Of a DNA stretch of 64,000 nucleotides, positions 9,475-18,511 are shown piece by piece (within the stretch, counting starts at the first letter, position 1; each line of letters begins with the position of its first letter). The stretch spans positions 43,534-107,533 of the forward strand of contig JAUSGI010000006.1 in the NCBI GenBank assembly GCA_030649135.1, written 5' to 3'. Under the pieces are notes generated by a model. The model was not told the DNA's origin and searched no databases. It worked only from the letters and a program-made list of their open reading frames with translations. This DNA comes from a bacterium. Lineage in GTDB: Bacteria; Patescibacteriota; Minisyncoccia; Phycocordibacterales; Zambryskibacteraceae. Made by a program: the position numbers and the translations under genes.

Positions 9475-10209
9475 ATGATTTCGTCTATTAACTGGAGCGT
9501 AGAAAATTTCTTTGGTCTTTTCGCCCTTACCATGGGCTTACTTTGTAGTATCTACTTTTTCTATGAATGGGTCAGGCATTACAGAAAACAAAATTACCTC
9601 CTCTTGTGGTCCATTAGCTTAGCGCTTTTTTATGTATTTCTGATTCCGTTCATTCAAATAAAATTTAGCGAGATAATTATTCTTACTGATTGGACAAATT
9701 TTTTCATTCCAACAGTTCCCTTTATATTTTTGGGCTGGGTACTTATCTATTGGACCATAACTCAAATAAAATCGTCCGTAACGGATAGAAAATCAGCCAG
9801 ACTTAAGGTATTTCTTTTGTTTTGGGTCCTTGCATCTTTTATTTTTTATTTTTTCAGATTTTCTTCAACAGAAAACGGGAAGTTATTGTCAATTATCGGT
9901 CTTTTAATTTTCTTTATCACTATACATGTTTTCATTCTCTCAGCGTTATGGAAGTTATTTAAAACGGAACGTTGGCAAAAAAACATGCGGGTAAATGCTG
10001 GCATTATTTTTATAGCGAGCGCAATTATTATTTCTATCGTAAGATATCTGTTTCTTCTTAACAGCCTTATGAGACTTCCCGGAGATTTTTGGTTTTTGTC
10101 GATAGCATCGTTTGATTTCGTATTTATTTTAAGAAGTGTGGTTGTTATTCTATTAACTATTGGCTTTGTCCTGATACATAAGCACTATCTTCTCAAGTCT
10201 AGGATATAA
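9475..10209 (+). CDS. hypothetical polytopic membrane protein
   Basis: 244 aa with about 7 hydrophobic helices. Upstream extended -10-like tggtgtatact. Confidence 0.5.
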   Translation: MISSINWSVENFFGLFALTMGLLCSIYFFYEWVRHYRKQNYLLLWSISLALFYVFLIPFIQIKFSEIIILTDWTNFFIPTVPFIFLGWVLIYWTITQIKSSVTDRKSARLKVFLLFWVLASFIFYFFRFSSTENGKLLSIIGLLIFFITIHVFILSALWKLFKTERWQKNMRVNAGIIFIASAIIISIVRYLFLLNSLMRLPGDFWFLSIASFDFVFILRSVVVILLTIGFVLIHKHYLLKSRI

Positions 10210-10261
10210 ATATACTCCTTTTGTTTCTGTGTAATGGTTCTAACATCACTCACGGTGCGAA

Positions 10262-10489
10262 TTGGCTTTCAAACAACGTCTCAGGGAGAACTTGAGGGAC
10301 AAATTAGATGGAGACGAGGGTATGTATGAGCGTGAAACTGTAGTAAAAGATTTCGATGCTACTCGCGAGATACTTCTTAAAATTGGACCGATTGAAAATC
10401 AGATTTATCGTCTGAAAGGACTGGACGACAGAAATTACACTAAACTTACCTTCTCCGAACAAATAAAGCGCGCAGAAAACAAATTTTAA
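10262..10489 (+). CDS. hypothetical small protein
   Basis: 75 aa ORF, charged; no recognised motif. Confidence 0.3.
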   Translation: MAFKQRLRENLRDKLDGDEGMYERETVVKDFDATREILLKIGPIENQIYRLKGLDDRNYTKLTFSEQIKRAENKF

Positions 10490-10506
10490 TACAAAACAGT
10501 TGGCGG

Positions 10507-10543
10507 AATAGAAAAGGAAGTCGTAGAGTCACCTACGACTTCC
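10507..10543 (-). terminator. rho-independent terminator for minus-strand transcripts
   Basis: Perfect 11 bp stem ggaagtcgtag/ctacgacttcc with a 6 nt loop. On the minus strand it is followed by ttttctatt. Confidence 0.55.
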
Positions 10544-11289
10544 AAAAACAATGTCGGGCACATCACTACACTCTCGGGAGCCACCCGAGGAGGGATTGCA
10601 AACTCCATCCCATGTGAAAACTCACGAGCGAAATCGCTATCACGATGATTACGAAGACGATGGTCCAGTCATAACTGTAGCTAGGCTTAGGCGTCGCCTT
10701 CGGTCTCTCGACAATCCAGAGTAAGTTATGAAGGTCATCCCTCTTTCGCATTTGCTTTCTCCTACCGTGCCTAGCGCTTGGCACATCTGGTTGTGAGAAC
10801 AATCGCAGTGCCATCCCCATTGATGACAGCGGAGGAAGTAACTTGCTTGCATCCGGCGGTGATGTAGAGAGTCATTTCTTGTTCATTCAGCACCCTCTTA
10901 AAGTCTCTGGGCGCGAGATTCTCCGAAGTGCTGACCTTCCGGCTGATGACTTGCACCTCCTCTAGAGGGGGAGCATTAGCGCCTACAAATGACCATGCAG
11001 ACATCACCAGCAACACCGCCACTAGCACCTCTACCATCACGCCCTCCTTCGTTCTCTGCGTTTTGTTCGGTACGGAGAATTACGATTGAGAACGGCGCAC
11101 CACGCAGCGCCGTCCTTTCCCGCTTCTACATTTCCTGCGAGAAACACATGACCCCCAACGAGAATGTCTTCCGAACCTACGTCATCGACGGGATGTTTAT
11201 CACATCGCCTCGGACTCATCGTACGCGGATCGAAGTCATCGCCCAGACATACGGGGCACACTTCAGCAACCCCTGCCATGTCTACCATG

Positions 11290-11556
11290 TCAGACCTCCA
11301 TTGTCTCGAGAAGTGTGCTTCTATCCAACTCCTGACGATTAGCACAACGGCAGACCTTCTCACTTCCCGGTACCTTAAACTGCAACCACAAAGTGCTGTT
11401 GTACCAAACCCTGATCTCGTACCAGACGTACCAGCAGTGATACGGGACTCCATCTTCAGTAAAATGGTACAGTTCATCTTCCATCTTGCACCATCCATTT
11501 CTTGTATCGAAGAGCTCTCCTACCTTCATTGTACCCCTCATACAACCATCTTTCAC
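11290..11556 (-). CDS. hypothetical small protein with an aromatic Gly/Trp/Tyr-rich repeat-like segment
   Basis: Strong RBS (ctaaggagggg, 8 nt, ATG) on the minus strand. GWCKMEDELYHFTEDGVPYHCWYVWY is reminiscent of YG/cell-wall-binding repeats. Other overlapping ORFs in 10566..11500 are unresolved. Confidence 0.4.
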   Translation of the reverse strand: MKDGCMRGTMKVGELFDTRNGWCKMEDELYHFTEDGVPYHCWYVWYEIRVWYNSTLWLQFKVPGSEKVCRCANRQELDRSTLLETMEV

Positions 11557-11657
11557 TTTTGTTATCCCCTCCTTAGTACGCCCCCATTTTACGATATAAT
11601 TATAGGCAGAAACGATCTTAGTTCTAAATAAAATCGTCGGAGAGAGGGAGGGTTACC

Positions 11658-12401
11658 ATGTACTATCAGCTTCTCTTGGTGTTCGGTGTCGCAATGCTCT
11701 TGTCACAAGTGGCCGTGCTCGCGACGACCATCCAACTGCATCGTGCCGCAACACATGCAACGCTTGGAGGGCTCGTCCTCGATCCGAAGGTTGCATGGGC
11801 ATGCAATCTCATCCTGTGGATTACCACTGGTCAGAGGAGGAGGCAGTGGGTGGCCGTGCACCGCAAGCACCACGTCTTCACAGACAAGGTGGGTGACCCG
11901 CACAGCCCACGCGTGCTCGGCTTCTGGCATGTCCAACTCGGCAACGTCTTTTACTATGTGTGGGCGCTGAGGGAGAAAGATATCCTGGACAAGTACGCTC
12001 CCGATATCCAGGAAGACAAGTGGGACCGGTGGCTCTTCAACCACGGCAAGCTTGGTCTCCTGCTAGGAACGGTAGCACTCTGCTCGCTCATGGGCATGTG
12101 GTGGGGACTGCTCACGGCACTAATTCATGCCGTGACATACATCTTCGTCATCGCCTCCTCCATCAACGGCCTGTGCCACACCTACGGCTACAGGAACTTC
12201 GATAACACAGCGACTAATCTGCGTCTCCTCGCGTGGATCACCGGAGGCGAAGGGTTGCACAACAACCATCACGAATACCCAACTCGTGCGAAGTTCAGTT
12301 TCTTCCCGGGCGAGTGGGACCCAGGGTGGTCGATCATCAAGCTTTTGATCAGAGTCAACCTGGCCACCATGAAGAAGACCCTTTGGACAGTCCCGAGGTA
12401 A
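11658..12401 (+). CDS. membrane fatty-acid (acyl-lipid/acyl-CoA delta-9-type) desaturase
   Basis: Three histidine boxes in order: HRAATH, HRKHH, HNNHH, with hydrophobic N-terminal helices. 247 aa. Local GC is clearly higher than the flanks. Confidence 0.75.
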   Translation: MYYQLLLVFGVAMLLSQVAVLATTIQLHRAATHATLGGLVLDPKVAWACNLILWITTGQRRRQWVAVHRKHHVFTDKVGDPHSPRVLGFWHVQLGNVFYYVWALREKDILDKYAPDIQEDKWDRWLFNHGKLGLLLGTVALCSLMGMWWGLLTALIHAVTYIFVIASSINGLCHTYGYRNFDNTATNLRLLAWITGGEGLHNNHHEYPTRAKFSFFPGEWDPGWSIIKLLIRVNLATMKKTLWTVPR

Positions 12402-12435
12402 GGATAACGGAAGGGCAAAACCTTCCTTCGACCCA

Positions 12436-12471
12436 ACCCTGGGCGCATAGCGCCCAGGGTTGTTTTCATTC
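12436..12471 (+). terminator. rho-independent terminator after the desaturase gene
   Basis: Perfect 12 bp stem aaccctgggcgc / gcgcccagggtt with loop ata, then gttttcatt. Confidence 0.7.
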
Positions 12472-12552
12472 ACCACCAAGAGTTGTGCACATTCTGTCAA
12501 CAGGATATCCACCAACTTATTCTGATGACATTGTTGTGTTAGAATCACTCAC

Positions 12553-13098
12553 ATGAAGAAAGTGGTAGTCATCTTGGTTATCATCGGGGCGGTTGCACTT
12601 ATATACACCATGCGCAATGGTTCTGCCACAACAAGTAACGTTCCGACAGTAAGCGATAAGGGTATCTTCCGTCCCGACCCGTCGGGCGCCACTTTCACCT
12701 TCGACGACGAATCGGTTACTCTGTCGGCAGGACGAAATGAAACAACCATTACCCCGGGAAGTGCGCTAGTAGAAGAAACAGCCTTGTTGGACCAATTTGC
12801 CTACGGGGATATCAATGCGGACGGCAAAGAGGACACCGTCCTACTTTTGGCCCGTTATGGTGGCGGTTCAGGAACATTTATATATTTGGCGGCCTTTGTT
12901 TCCGGGCCAGTCACTTACCGCGGGTCGGAGGCCACTTTTATCGGAGATCGAGTGTCTCCCCAATCTCTTTCTATAAATAAAGGCGTTGTGACCATACAAT
13001 ATTTAGACCGTAAAGCGGATGAATCTTTTGCTGCCGAGCCGACCGTGCCGGTATCAAAGCAATTTGTTTACAAAGCCGGAGGATTTGAAGAAAGATAG
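12553..13098 (+). CDS. hypothetical membrane-anchored or secreted protein
   Basis: N-terminal TM/signal MKKVVVILVIIGAVALIY; 181 aa. Confidence 0.5.
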   Translation: MKKVVVILVIIGAVALIYTMRNGSATTSNVPTVSDKGIFRPDPSGATFTFDDESVTLSAGRNETTITPGSALVEETALLDQFAYGDINADGKEDTVLLLARYGGGSGTFIYLAAFVSGPVTYRGSEATFIGDRVSPQSLSINKGVVTIQYLDRKADESFAAEPTVPVSKQFVYKAGGFEER

Positions 13099-13121
13099 AA
13101 AATGTGTTTTAATAGCCACTT

Positions 13122-14909
13122 ATGGAAATAAGGAATATAGCTATTATCGCGCACGTCGACCACGGTAAAACCACTCTTACCGACGCTTTGATGCGAGAGA
13201 CGGGAATGACGGGGGAGGGGGTAACGATGGACTCAAACGCTCTAGAACTGGAACGTGGTATTACCATTTATGCCAAAAATACCTCCATTTTTTACAAAGA
13301 TACGAAGATAAATATTGTCGATACTCCCGGCCACTCTGACTTCGGCTCGGAAGTGGAACGCGTCTTGCGCTCCATAGATACAGTCCTTCTGGTTGTAGAC
13401 GCGCAGGAGGGACCGATGCCTCAAACTCGTTTCGTTCTGAAGAAGTCACTCGAGCTCGGTTTGAAACCAATCGTAGTGATAAATAAAATTGATAAGCCGG
13501 CGGCCCGGCCGGAAGTGGCACATGAATTGGTGCTTGAACTCTTCCTGGAGCTGGGTGCCAACAATGAGCAGATTGAATTCCCCACCGTTTTCGCTATCGG
13601 TAGAGAAGGTGTTGCAAAGAAAAAGTTGACCGACGAATCAAAAGACCTAACCCCCCTACTCGATACTATTCTCGAACACGTGCCGCCCGCCGAGCAGAAA
13701 CTTGATGCACCTGCCCGTTTACAACCCTTTAACCTCGCTTACGATAATTTCCTCGGGCGTCTTGCTATCGCACGTATTTACGAAGGCACGTTGAAAAACG
13801 GCCAAAAAGTTTTTGTGAAAAAGCCGGATGGAGAAACTTACGCGGGAAAGATAAGCAAACTCTACACTTTCGAAGGCCTGAAAAGGAAAGAAGTTGCTGA
13901 AGCCGTGGCTGGAGATATTTGTATGCTCGCAGGACTGCCACAAATTTATATCGGTGACACTATCACGGCAAGCGAGGATACTCCGGCTCTGCCGGCTATT
14001 TCGGTCGATGAACCAACTATTTCTCTTAATCTTGTGGTAAACGATTCCCCTTTCGCCGGTCGTGTCGGTAAATTCGTCACCGGTCGCCAGATCCGTGAGC
14101 GCCTTGAACGCGAACTGGAAGTTAACGTTGGACTCAAGATAGATTTTTCCTCCAGTGAATTCATGACCGTCTACGGTCGGGGCGAACTTCATCTTGCTAT
14201 CCTTCTTGAGAATATGCGCCGCGAAGGATTCGAACTCCAAGTTTCGCAGCCGCATGTTTTGGAAAAAACAGAAAACGGCAACAGACTTGAACCCTTCGAA
14301 GAGGTGCTGATAGATGTGCCGGAACAAATGTCGAGTGCTGTTATCTCCAAGCTAACGGAGCGACGCGCCAGTCTTATGGATATGAAGACGGAAAATGGAC
14401 AGACTCGTATTACCTTTGAGGCGCCTACCCGCGGACTATTGGGGTATCGTAATCAATTTATTATTGATACTAAAGGTTTGGGCATTCTTTCCTCTCGCTT
14501 TACCGCGTTTAAACCATATGCCGGAGAGATGAAACATGAGAAGGGTGGCTCAATGATATCTATGGAGAACGGCAAAGCGCTCGCTTTCTCGCTCGATAAT
14601 CTACAAGACAGAGGGGTATTATATATCAAGCCAGCGGAGGAGGTATATGAAGGACAGGTTATCGGTAATACCTCAAAGGGTGAAGACCTTTATGTTAATC
14701 CAACTAAAGGTAAACAGCTCACCAACATGCGCGCTTCTGGTTCTGACGAAGGTATTTATCTGACCCCCGCTTACAAACTTGATATAGAACGAGCCATGGA
14801 GATTATGGGTGACGATGAATATATAGAAATTACTCCGGATGATGTCCGTCTCCGAAAAATCCTTCTGACACAACAGGCACGTTCAAAGGCTCAAAGAAAG
14901 ACTGTATAA
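13122..14909 (+). CDS. typA: translational GTPase TypA/BipA
   Basis: [24 protein letters not shown] (G1), DTPGHSDF (G3), NKIDK (G4). 595 aa, the typical BipA length and domain order. Confidence 0.9.
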   Translation: MEIRNIAIIAHVDHGKTTLTDALMRETGMTGEGVTMDSNALELERGITIYAKNTSIFYKDTKINIVDTPGHSDFGSEVERVLRSIDTVLLVVDAQEGPMPQTRFVLKKSLELGLKPIVVINKIDKPAARPEVAHELVLELFLELGANNEQIEFPTVFAIGREGVAKKKLTDESKDLTPLLDTILEHVPPAEQKLDAPARLQPFNLAYDNFLGRLAIARIYEGTLKNGQKVFVKKPDGETYAGKISKLYTFEGLKRKEVAEAVAGDICMLAGLPQIYIGDTITASEDTPALPAISVDEPTISLNLVVNDSPFAGRVGKFVTGRQIRERLERELEVNVGLKIDFSSSEFMTVYGRGELHLAILLENMRREGFELQVSQPHVLEKTENGNRLEPFEEVLIDVPEQMSSAVISKLTERRASLMDMKTENGQTRITFEAPTRGLLGYRNQFIIDTKGLGILSSRFTAFKPYAGEMKHEKGGSMISMENGKALAFSLDNLQDRGVLYIKPAEEVYEGQVIGNTSKGEDLYVNPTKGKQLTNMRASGSDEGIYLTPAYKLDIERAMEIMGDDEYIEITPDDVRLRKILLTQQARSKAQRKTV

Positions 14910-14916
14910 TATCCCT

Positions 14917-15681
14917 ATGGCAAAACTTGATACGGGACCCTACAAAGGCGTCAGGGATTTTTATCCCGAAGATATGGCTATCGAGAACCATATCTTCAAA
15001 ACTTGGCGAGAAGTCGTCGAGAAAGCAGGATACCAAGAATATAGCGCTTCTATCCTTGAACCTACCGAAATTTATACCGAGAAATCGGGCGTAGAGATAA
15101 TCAATGAACAGACCTTCACTTTCACGGATAGAGGCGACCGGTCAGTTACTTTACGTCCAGAGATGACCCCTACTCTTGCACGCATGATTGCCGCGCGTCG
15201 TAGAAATTTGAAATTTCCCCTACGTTGGTACTCGATTCCCAACCTCTTTCGTTACGAACGTCCCCAGCGCGGCAGAAAGCGCGAACATTGGCAATTAAAT
15301 TGCGACCTCTTGGGTATCACCGGCATTGAGGCAGATATAGAAATTATCTCCCTTGCTTATAAAATTATGAAAGAATTTGGAGCCAAGGATGAAAATTTTG
15401 AAATCAGAATCAATAATTCCAATACAGACGACTTGAAAGAAATCGGGCCAAACATAGTCTACGACCCTACTTTGGCCAGAGGACAAACTTACTACACAGG
15501 AATAGTCTTTGAAATCTTTGATACTAACAAAGAAAACGGGCGTTCTATAGCCGGTGGCGGTCGATATGACAACCTCCTGGAAATATTTGAGGTAGATCCT
15601 ATACCGGCAGTTGGTTTCGGTATGGGCGATATAACCATTAACGACTTCCTCGAGACACATAAGTTAGGTCCTTATGCGTAA
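14917..15681 (+). CDS. histidyl-tRNA synthetase catalytic core without anticodon-binding domain (HisZ-like architecture)
   Basis: N-terminus MAKLDTGPYKGVRDFYPED; motif 2 FRYERPQRGRKREHWQLNCDLLG; motif 3 AGGGRYDNLLEIF...PAVGFGMG. Ends at 254 aa right after motif 3. Confidence 0.7.
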   Translation: MAKLDTGPYKGVRDFYPEDMAIENHIFKTWREVVEKAGYQEYSASILEPTEIYTEKSGVEIINEQTFTFTDRGDRSVTLRPEMTPTLARMIAARRRNLKFPLRWYSIPNLFRYERPQRGRKREHWQLNCDLLGITGIEADIEIISLAYKIMKEFGAKDENFEIRINNSNTDDLKEIGPNIVYDPTLARGQTYYTGIVFEIFDTNKENGRSIAGGGRYDNLLEIFEVDPIPAVGFGMGDITINDFLETHKLGPYA

Positions 15682-16249
15682 AATAGTTTTTGATATAGAA
15701 ACAAAAAACTTCTTCCAGGAGGTCGGTAAAAATGACCCATCCCTCTTGGACCTCTCCTTGGTTGCTATCTATGATTCCCTGACTGACTCGTATTCTTCGT
15801 ACTTGGAAGAAGAGCTGGGAAAACTCTGGCCGATACTCGAGCGGGCCGACATGCTCATTGGTTTTAATTCAGACCATTTCGACATTCCCCTACTTAATAA
15901 ATACTACCCGGGAGATTTGACAAAAATAAAGAGTCTAGATATTTTAAAAGAAATCAAAGACTCTTACGGACGCCGGATGCGCCTCGACCAGTTGGCGGAA
16001 GGAACACTTGGTAAAAATAAATCAGGCCACGGCGCAGATGCTACGGACTGGTGGAAGGCAGGCGATGTGGAAAGAGTCCGCGCCTATTGCCTAGATGACG
16101 TCAAACTCACTAAGGGACTCTACGACTACGCTCTTGCCAACAACAAACTTATATTCAAAGAAGGAGGTGCCCTCAATGAAATTAAACTGGACACTTCCGG
16201 ATGGGAAAAAGCCAACGACCACAAACTCACTTTCTCTCTGCCATTTTGA
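15674..16249 (+). CDS. DnaQ-like DEDD 3'-5' exonuclease
   Basis: Exo I FDIET, Exo II GFNSDHFDIPLL, and a C-terminal H...D/Y...D segment. Start overlaps the previous gene by 8 nt. Confidence 0.65.
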   Translation: MRKIVFDIETKNFFQEVGKNDPSLLDLSLVAIYDSLTDSYSSYLEEELGKLWPILERADMLIGFNSDHFDIPLLNKYYPGDLTKIKSLDILKEIKDSYGRRMRLDQLAEGTLGKNKSGHGADATDWWKAGDVERVRAYCLDDVKLTKGLYDYALANNKLIFKEGGALNEIKLDTSGWEKANDHKLTFSLPF

Positions 16250-16278
16250 ATGCTATAATATTTACTTAATAAAAAACG

Positions 16279-16965
16279 ATGGAATCAACACCACAAAATA
16301 AATACCTTATCCCTTTAGCTATCATAGCCGCGGGCGGTTTGGTCGCAGTCGCCATTTACTTCGGCGGTTCGACAAGCTCACCGCAAGCGGTCGTAAATAA
16401 TACAGGCCCAGAAATTGACCTCCCTCCTGTCACAGAGAAGGACCACATCATCGGCAGCAGGAACGCCGACTTGGTGATAGTCGAGTATTCAGATACCGAA
16501 TGTCCTTTTTGTAAAACCTTCCACAACACTATGAAAGAGGTGGTACAAACTTACGAGGGAAAAGTGGCCTGGGTTTACAGACATTTCCCAATCGTCCAAT
16601 TACATTCCAAGGCGCCTAAAGAGGCGGAAGCCACAGAGTGCGCAGCAGAACTCGGAGGTAATCAGATTTTTTGGGACTACATCGATAAACTTTTGGAAAC
16701 TACCAAATCCAACGACTCACTTAACCCAAGCGAGTTGCCGAAAATAGCAACATCTGTAGGGCTTGATGCGACTGCATTCACTACATGTCTCTCAAGCGGT
16801 AAATATACCGAATTGGTACAAAAGAGTGTGGAAGAAGCAATTAAGGCCGGCGCCCTGGGGACACCTTACTCCATTATCGTCACCAAAGATGGTCAAAAAA
16901 TAGTGATAAACGGAGCCGAACCGCTTAGAGACGTTAAGCTGAAAATTGACGCCCTGCTTAAGTAA
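16279..16965 (+). CDS. DsbA-like thiol:disulfide oxidoreductase, membrane-anchored
   Basis: N-terminal TM helix followed by a thioredoxin-fold CxxC active site (YSDTECPFCKTFH). Confidence 0.7.
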   Translation: MESTPQNKYLIPLAIIAAGGLVAVAIYFGGSTSSPQAVVNNTGPEIDLPPVTEKDHIIGSRNADLVIVEYSDTECPFCKTFHNTMKEVVQTYEGKVAWVYRHFPIVQLHSKAPKEAEATECAAELGGNQIFWDYIDKLLETTKSNDSLNPSELPKIATSVGLDATAFTTCLSSGKYTELVQKSVEEAIKAGALGTPYSIIVTKDGQKIVINGAEPLRDVKLKIDALLK

Positions 16966-16968
16966 CTT

Positions 16969-18510
16969 CTAAACTCTTTCTTCAAGATACTTGAGGATAG
17001 CATACATCGCATAAGTATCTAAGCCGCAGTATTCTCGAAGATCATCCATTATTTTCTCTTTCTTATCCGAGTCTTTCCCGCGTAAAACAGTTTGCATCCA
17101 GACACGTTGTGCTTGCCCGCCTTCGGAAATATTGAGCTTTTTATAACTGAATTCCGGGAGAAGCGCCGGCAAGACCGACTTTATTGAAGCCTTGCCGAAG
17201 AAGTCTTTATCTACAAACCACCCTTTGGAAAATGGAATCATCAGGTCAACCATCCTTTCATTGACTCCCGCCAGAAACTTTTCATATTTGGGATGCATTT
17301 TCCCCATCTCTGTGTTTCTAGCTTTTTCAAAAGTCATGTACCAGGAAATGACAGAGCCTTTGGCATCCCGCCTGCTAGCGCCTGAGCTTAGCGATGGCGG
17401 GCAGGCAAAATCATTTTGGAGGTGTTCCAGGAGGGCCGGCACCGGGTCGGAATTATCCGTGTGCAAATACTCCTTCTGTCTCAGTTCCCCACCCGGTTTA
17501 TCCAGAATATGCAGAGAATATTGGAAAGGCACTTGCTGATATGGCCGATAACCATCAAAGGCCGGTATCACGCTTGCAAGAGTCTCATAATCCAAAAAAT
17601 ATAATGGGTACTCTAAATCGTTGAGAAAGGCTTTAATCTCTTCCTTGTTTATATGTTGTGTCCCGGACTTCATGGCTTCGACTTGCCGCAATTGTTTTTC
17701 CGTAAGAGGCCCATCAAGCGGAATGTCATCGAGAAGTTCTATGCCATTGTCTTCGAGCCACGCAATAGTCTTTACATCGGGACCGGCGAGTTTATAGATG
17801 CTGTACTTAGGAAACTCTCCTTTTATAGCTTGTACAATACTAAGCCACTCTTCTATCACGCCTGCATTCTGTTTGAGATGGCGCGGGGAGAGGTCAGGCA
17901 TCTTCTTTTCTTTCAATATCTCAAATGCTTTTTGGATATTCTCTTTTGTTTCCTCAATTATTTCTCGTACTTCCTCGGTCACATCTGTTTTTTCAGAAAT
18001 CAGAGCGGGATCAATCTCGCCCTGTCTTACATATTTATTATTGACATGCAGGACAAACATCTTGCGCACAGAAAGTCCCGCGCTCTCTAAAACGATAGTC
18101 TGGAACGCAAGGTCTGGGATATGTTCAGGTTTGACGCTGGTGGAAGATTTTATTTCGTAAAGGTCATAAGTTTTATCACCTGTTTTTTCCAAGACATCGA
18201 AAATAGAAGTAATATTATCGGCCTCTACCCTACCTTGTAGTATTACTTCCGTTCCCTTCTCAATTTCCTTAGCTGTAAGCTCCGGCAGAGCATAATACTT
18301 AGTGCCGCTGAATTCATTATCATTCTTGTAACCAAGCTTAGCCGCTTTAGGGAAAAGTTTTTCGGCATACTGTTCGAATAGAGACCCTTCGTCGAAAAGT
18401 GCCTGTAGACCCTCGTCCGGCACCGGCAACTTTTCTTTATCGAATTTCTTAAGCCACAACCACGCCGGGTGCTTCAGAAACATCATGAATTCTGATTTGG
18501 AGATAACCAT
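16969..18510 (-). CDS. protein with N-terminal PD-(D/E)xK-like and C-terminal DEDDy-like nuclease motifs (possibly DUF2779-like)
   Basis: N-terminal D...DLYEIKSST (D, ExK pattern). C-terminal YFLDYETL (DxE) and CGLDTYAMYAI (Yx3D). 513 aa. Confidence 0.5.
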   Translation of the reverse strand: MVISKSEFMMFLKHPAWLWLKKFDKEKLPVPDEGLQALFDEGSLFEQYAEKLFPKAAKLGYKNDNEFSGTKYYALPELTAKEIEKGTEVILQGRVEADNITSIFDVLEKTGDKTYDLYEIKSSTSVKPEHIPDLAFQTIVLESAGLSVRKMFVLHVNNKYVRQGEIDPALISEKTDVTEEVREIIEETKENIQKAFEILKEKKMPDLSPRHLKQNAGVIEEWLSIVQAIKGEFPKYSIYKLAGPDVKTIAWLEDNGIELLDDIPLDGPLTEKQLRQVEAMKSGTQHINKEEIKAFLNDLEYPLYFLDYETLASVIPAFDGYRPYQQVPFQYSLHILDKPGGELRQKEYLHTDNSDPVPALLEHLQNDFACPPSLSSGASRRDAKGSVISWYMTFEKARNTEMGKMHPKYEKFLAGVNERMVDLMIPFSKGWFVDKDFFGKASIKSVLPALLPEFSYKKLNISEGGQAQRVWMQTVLRGKDSDKKEKIMDDLREYCGLDTYAMYAILKYLEERV

Positions 18511-18511
18511 T

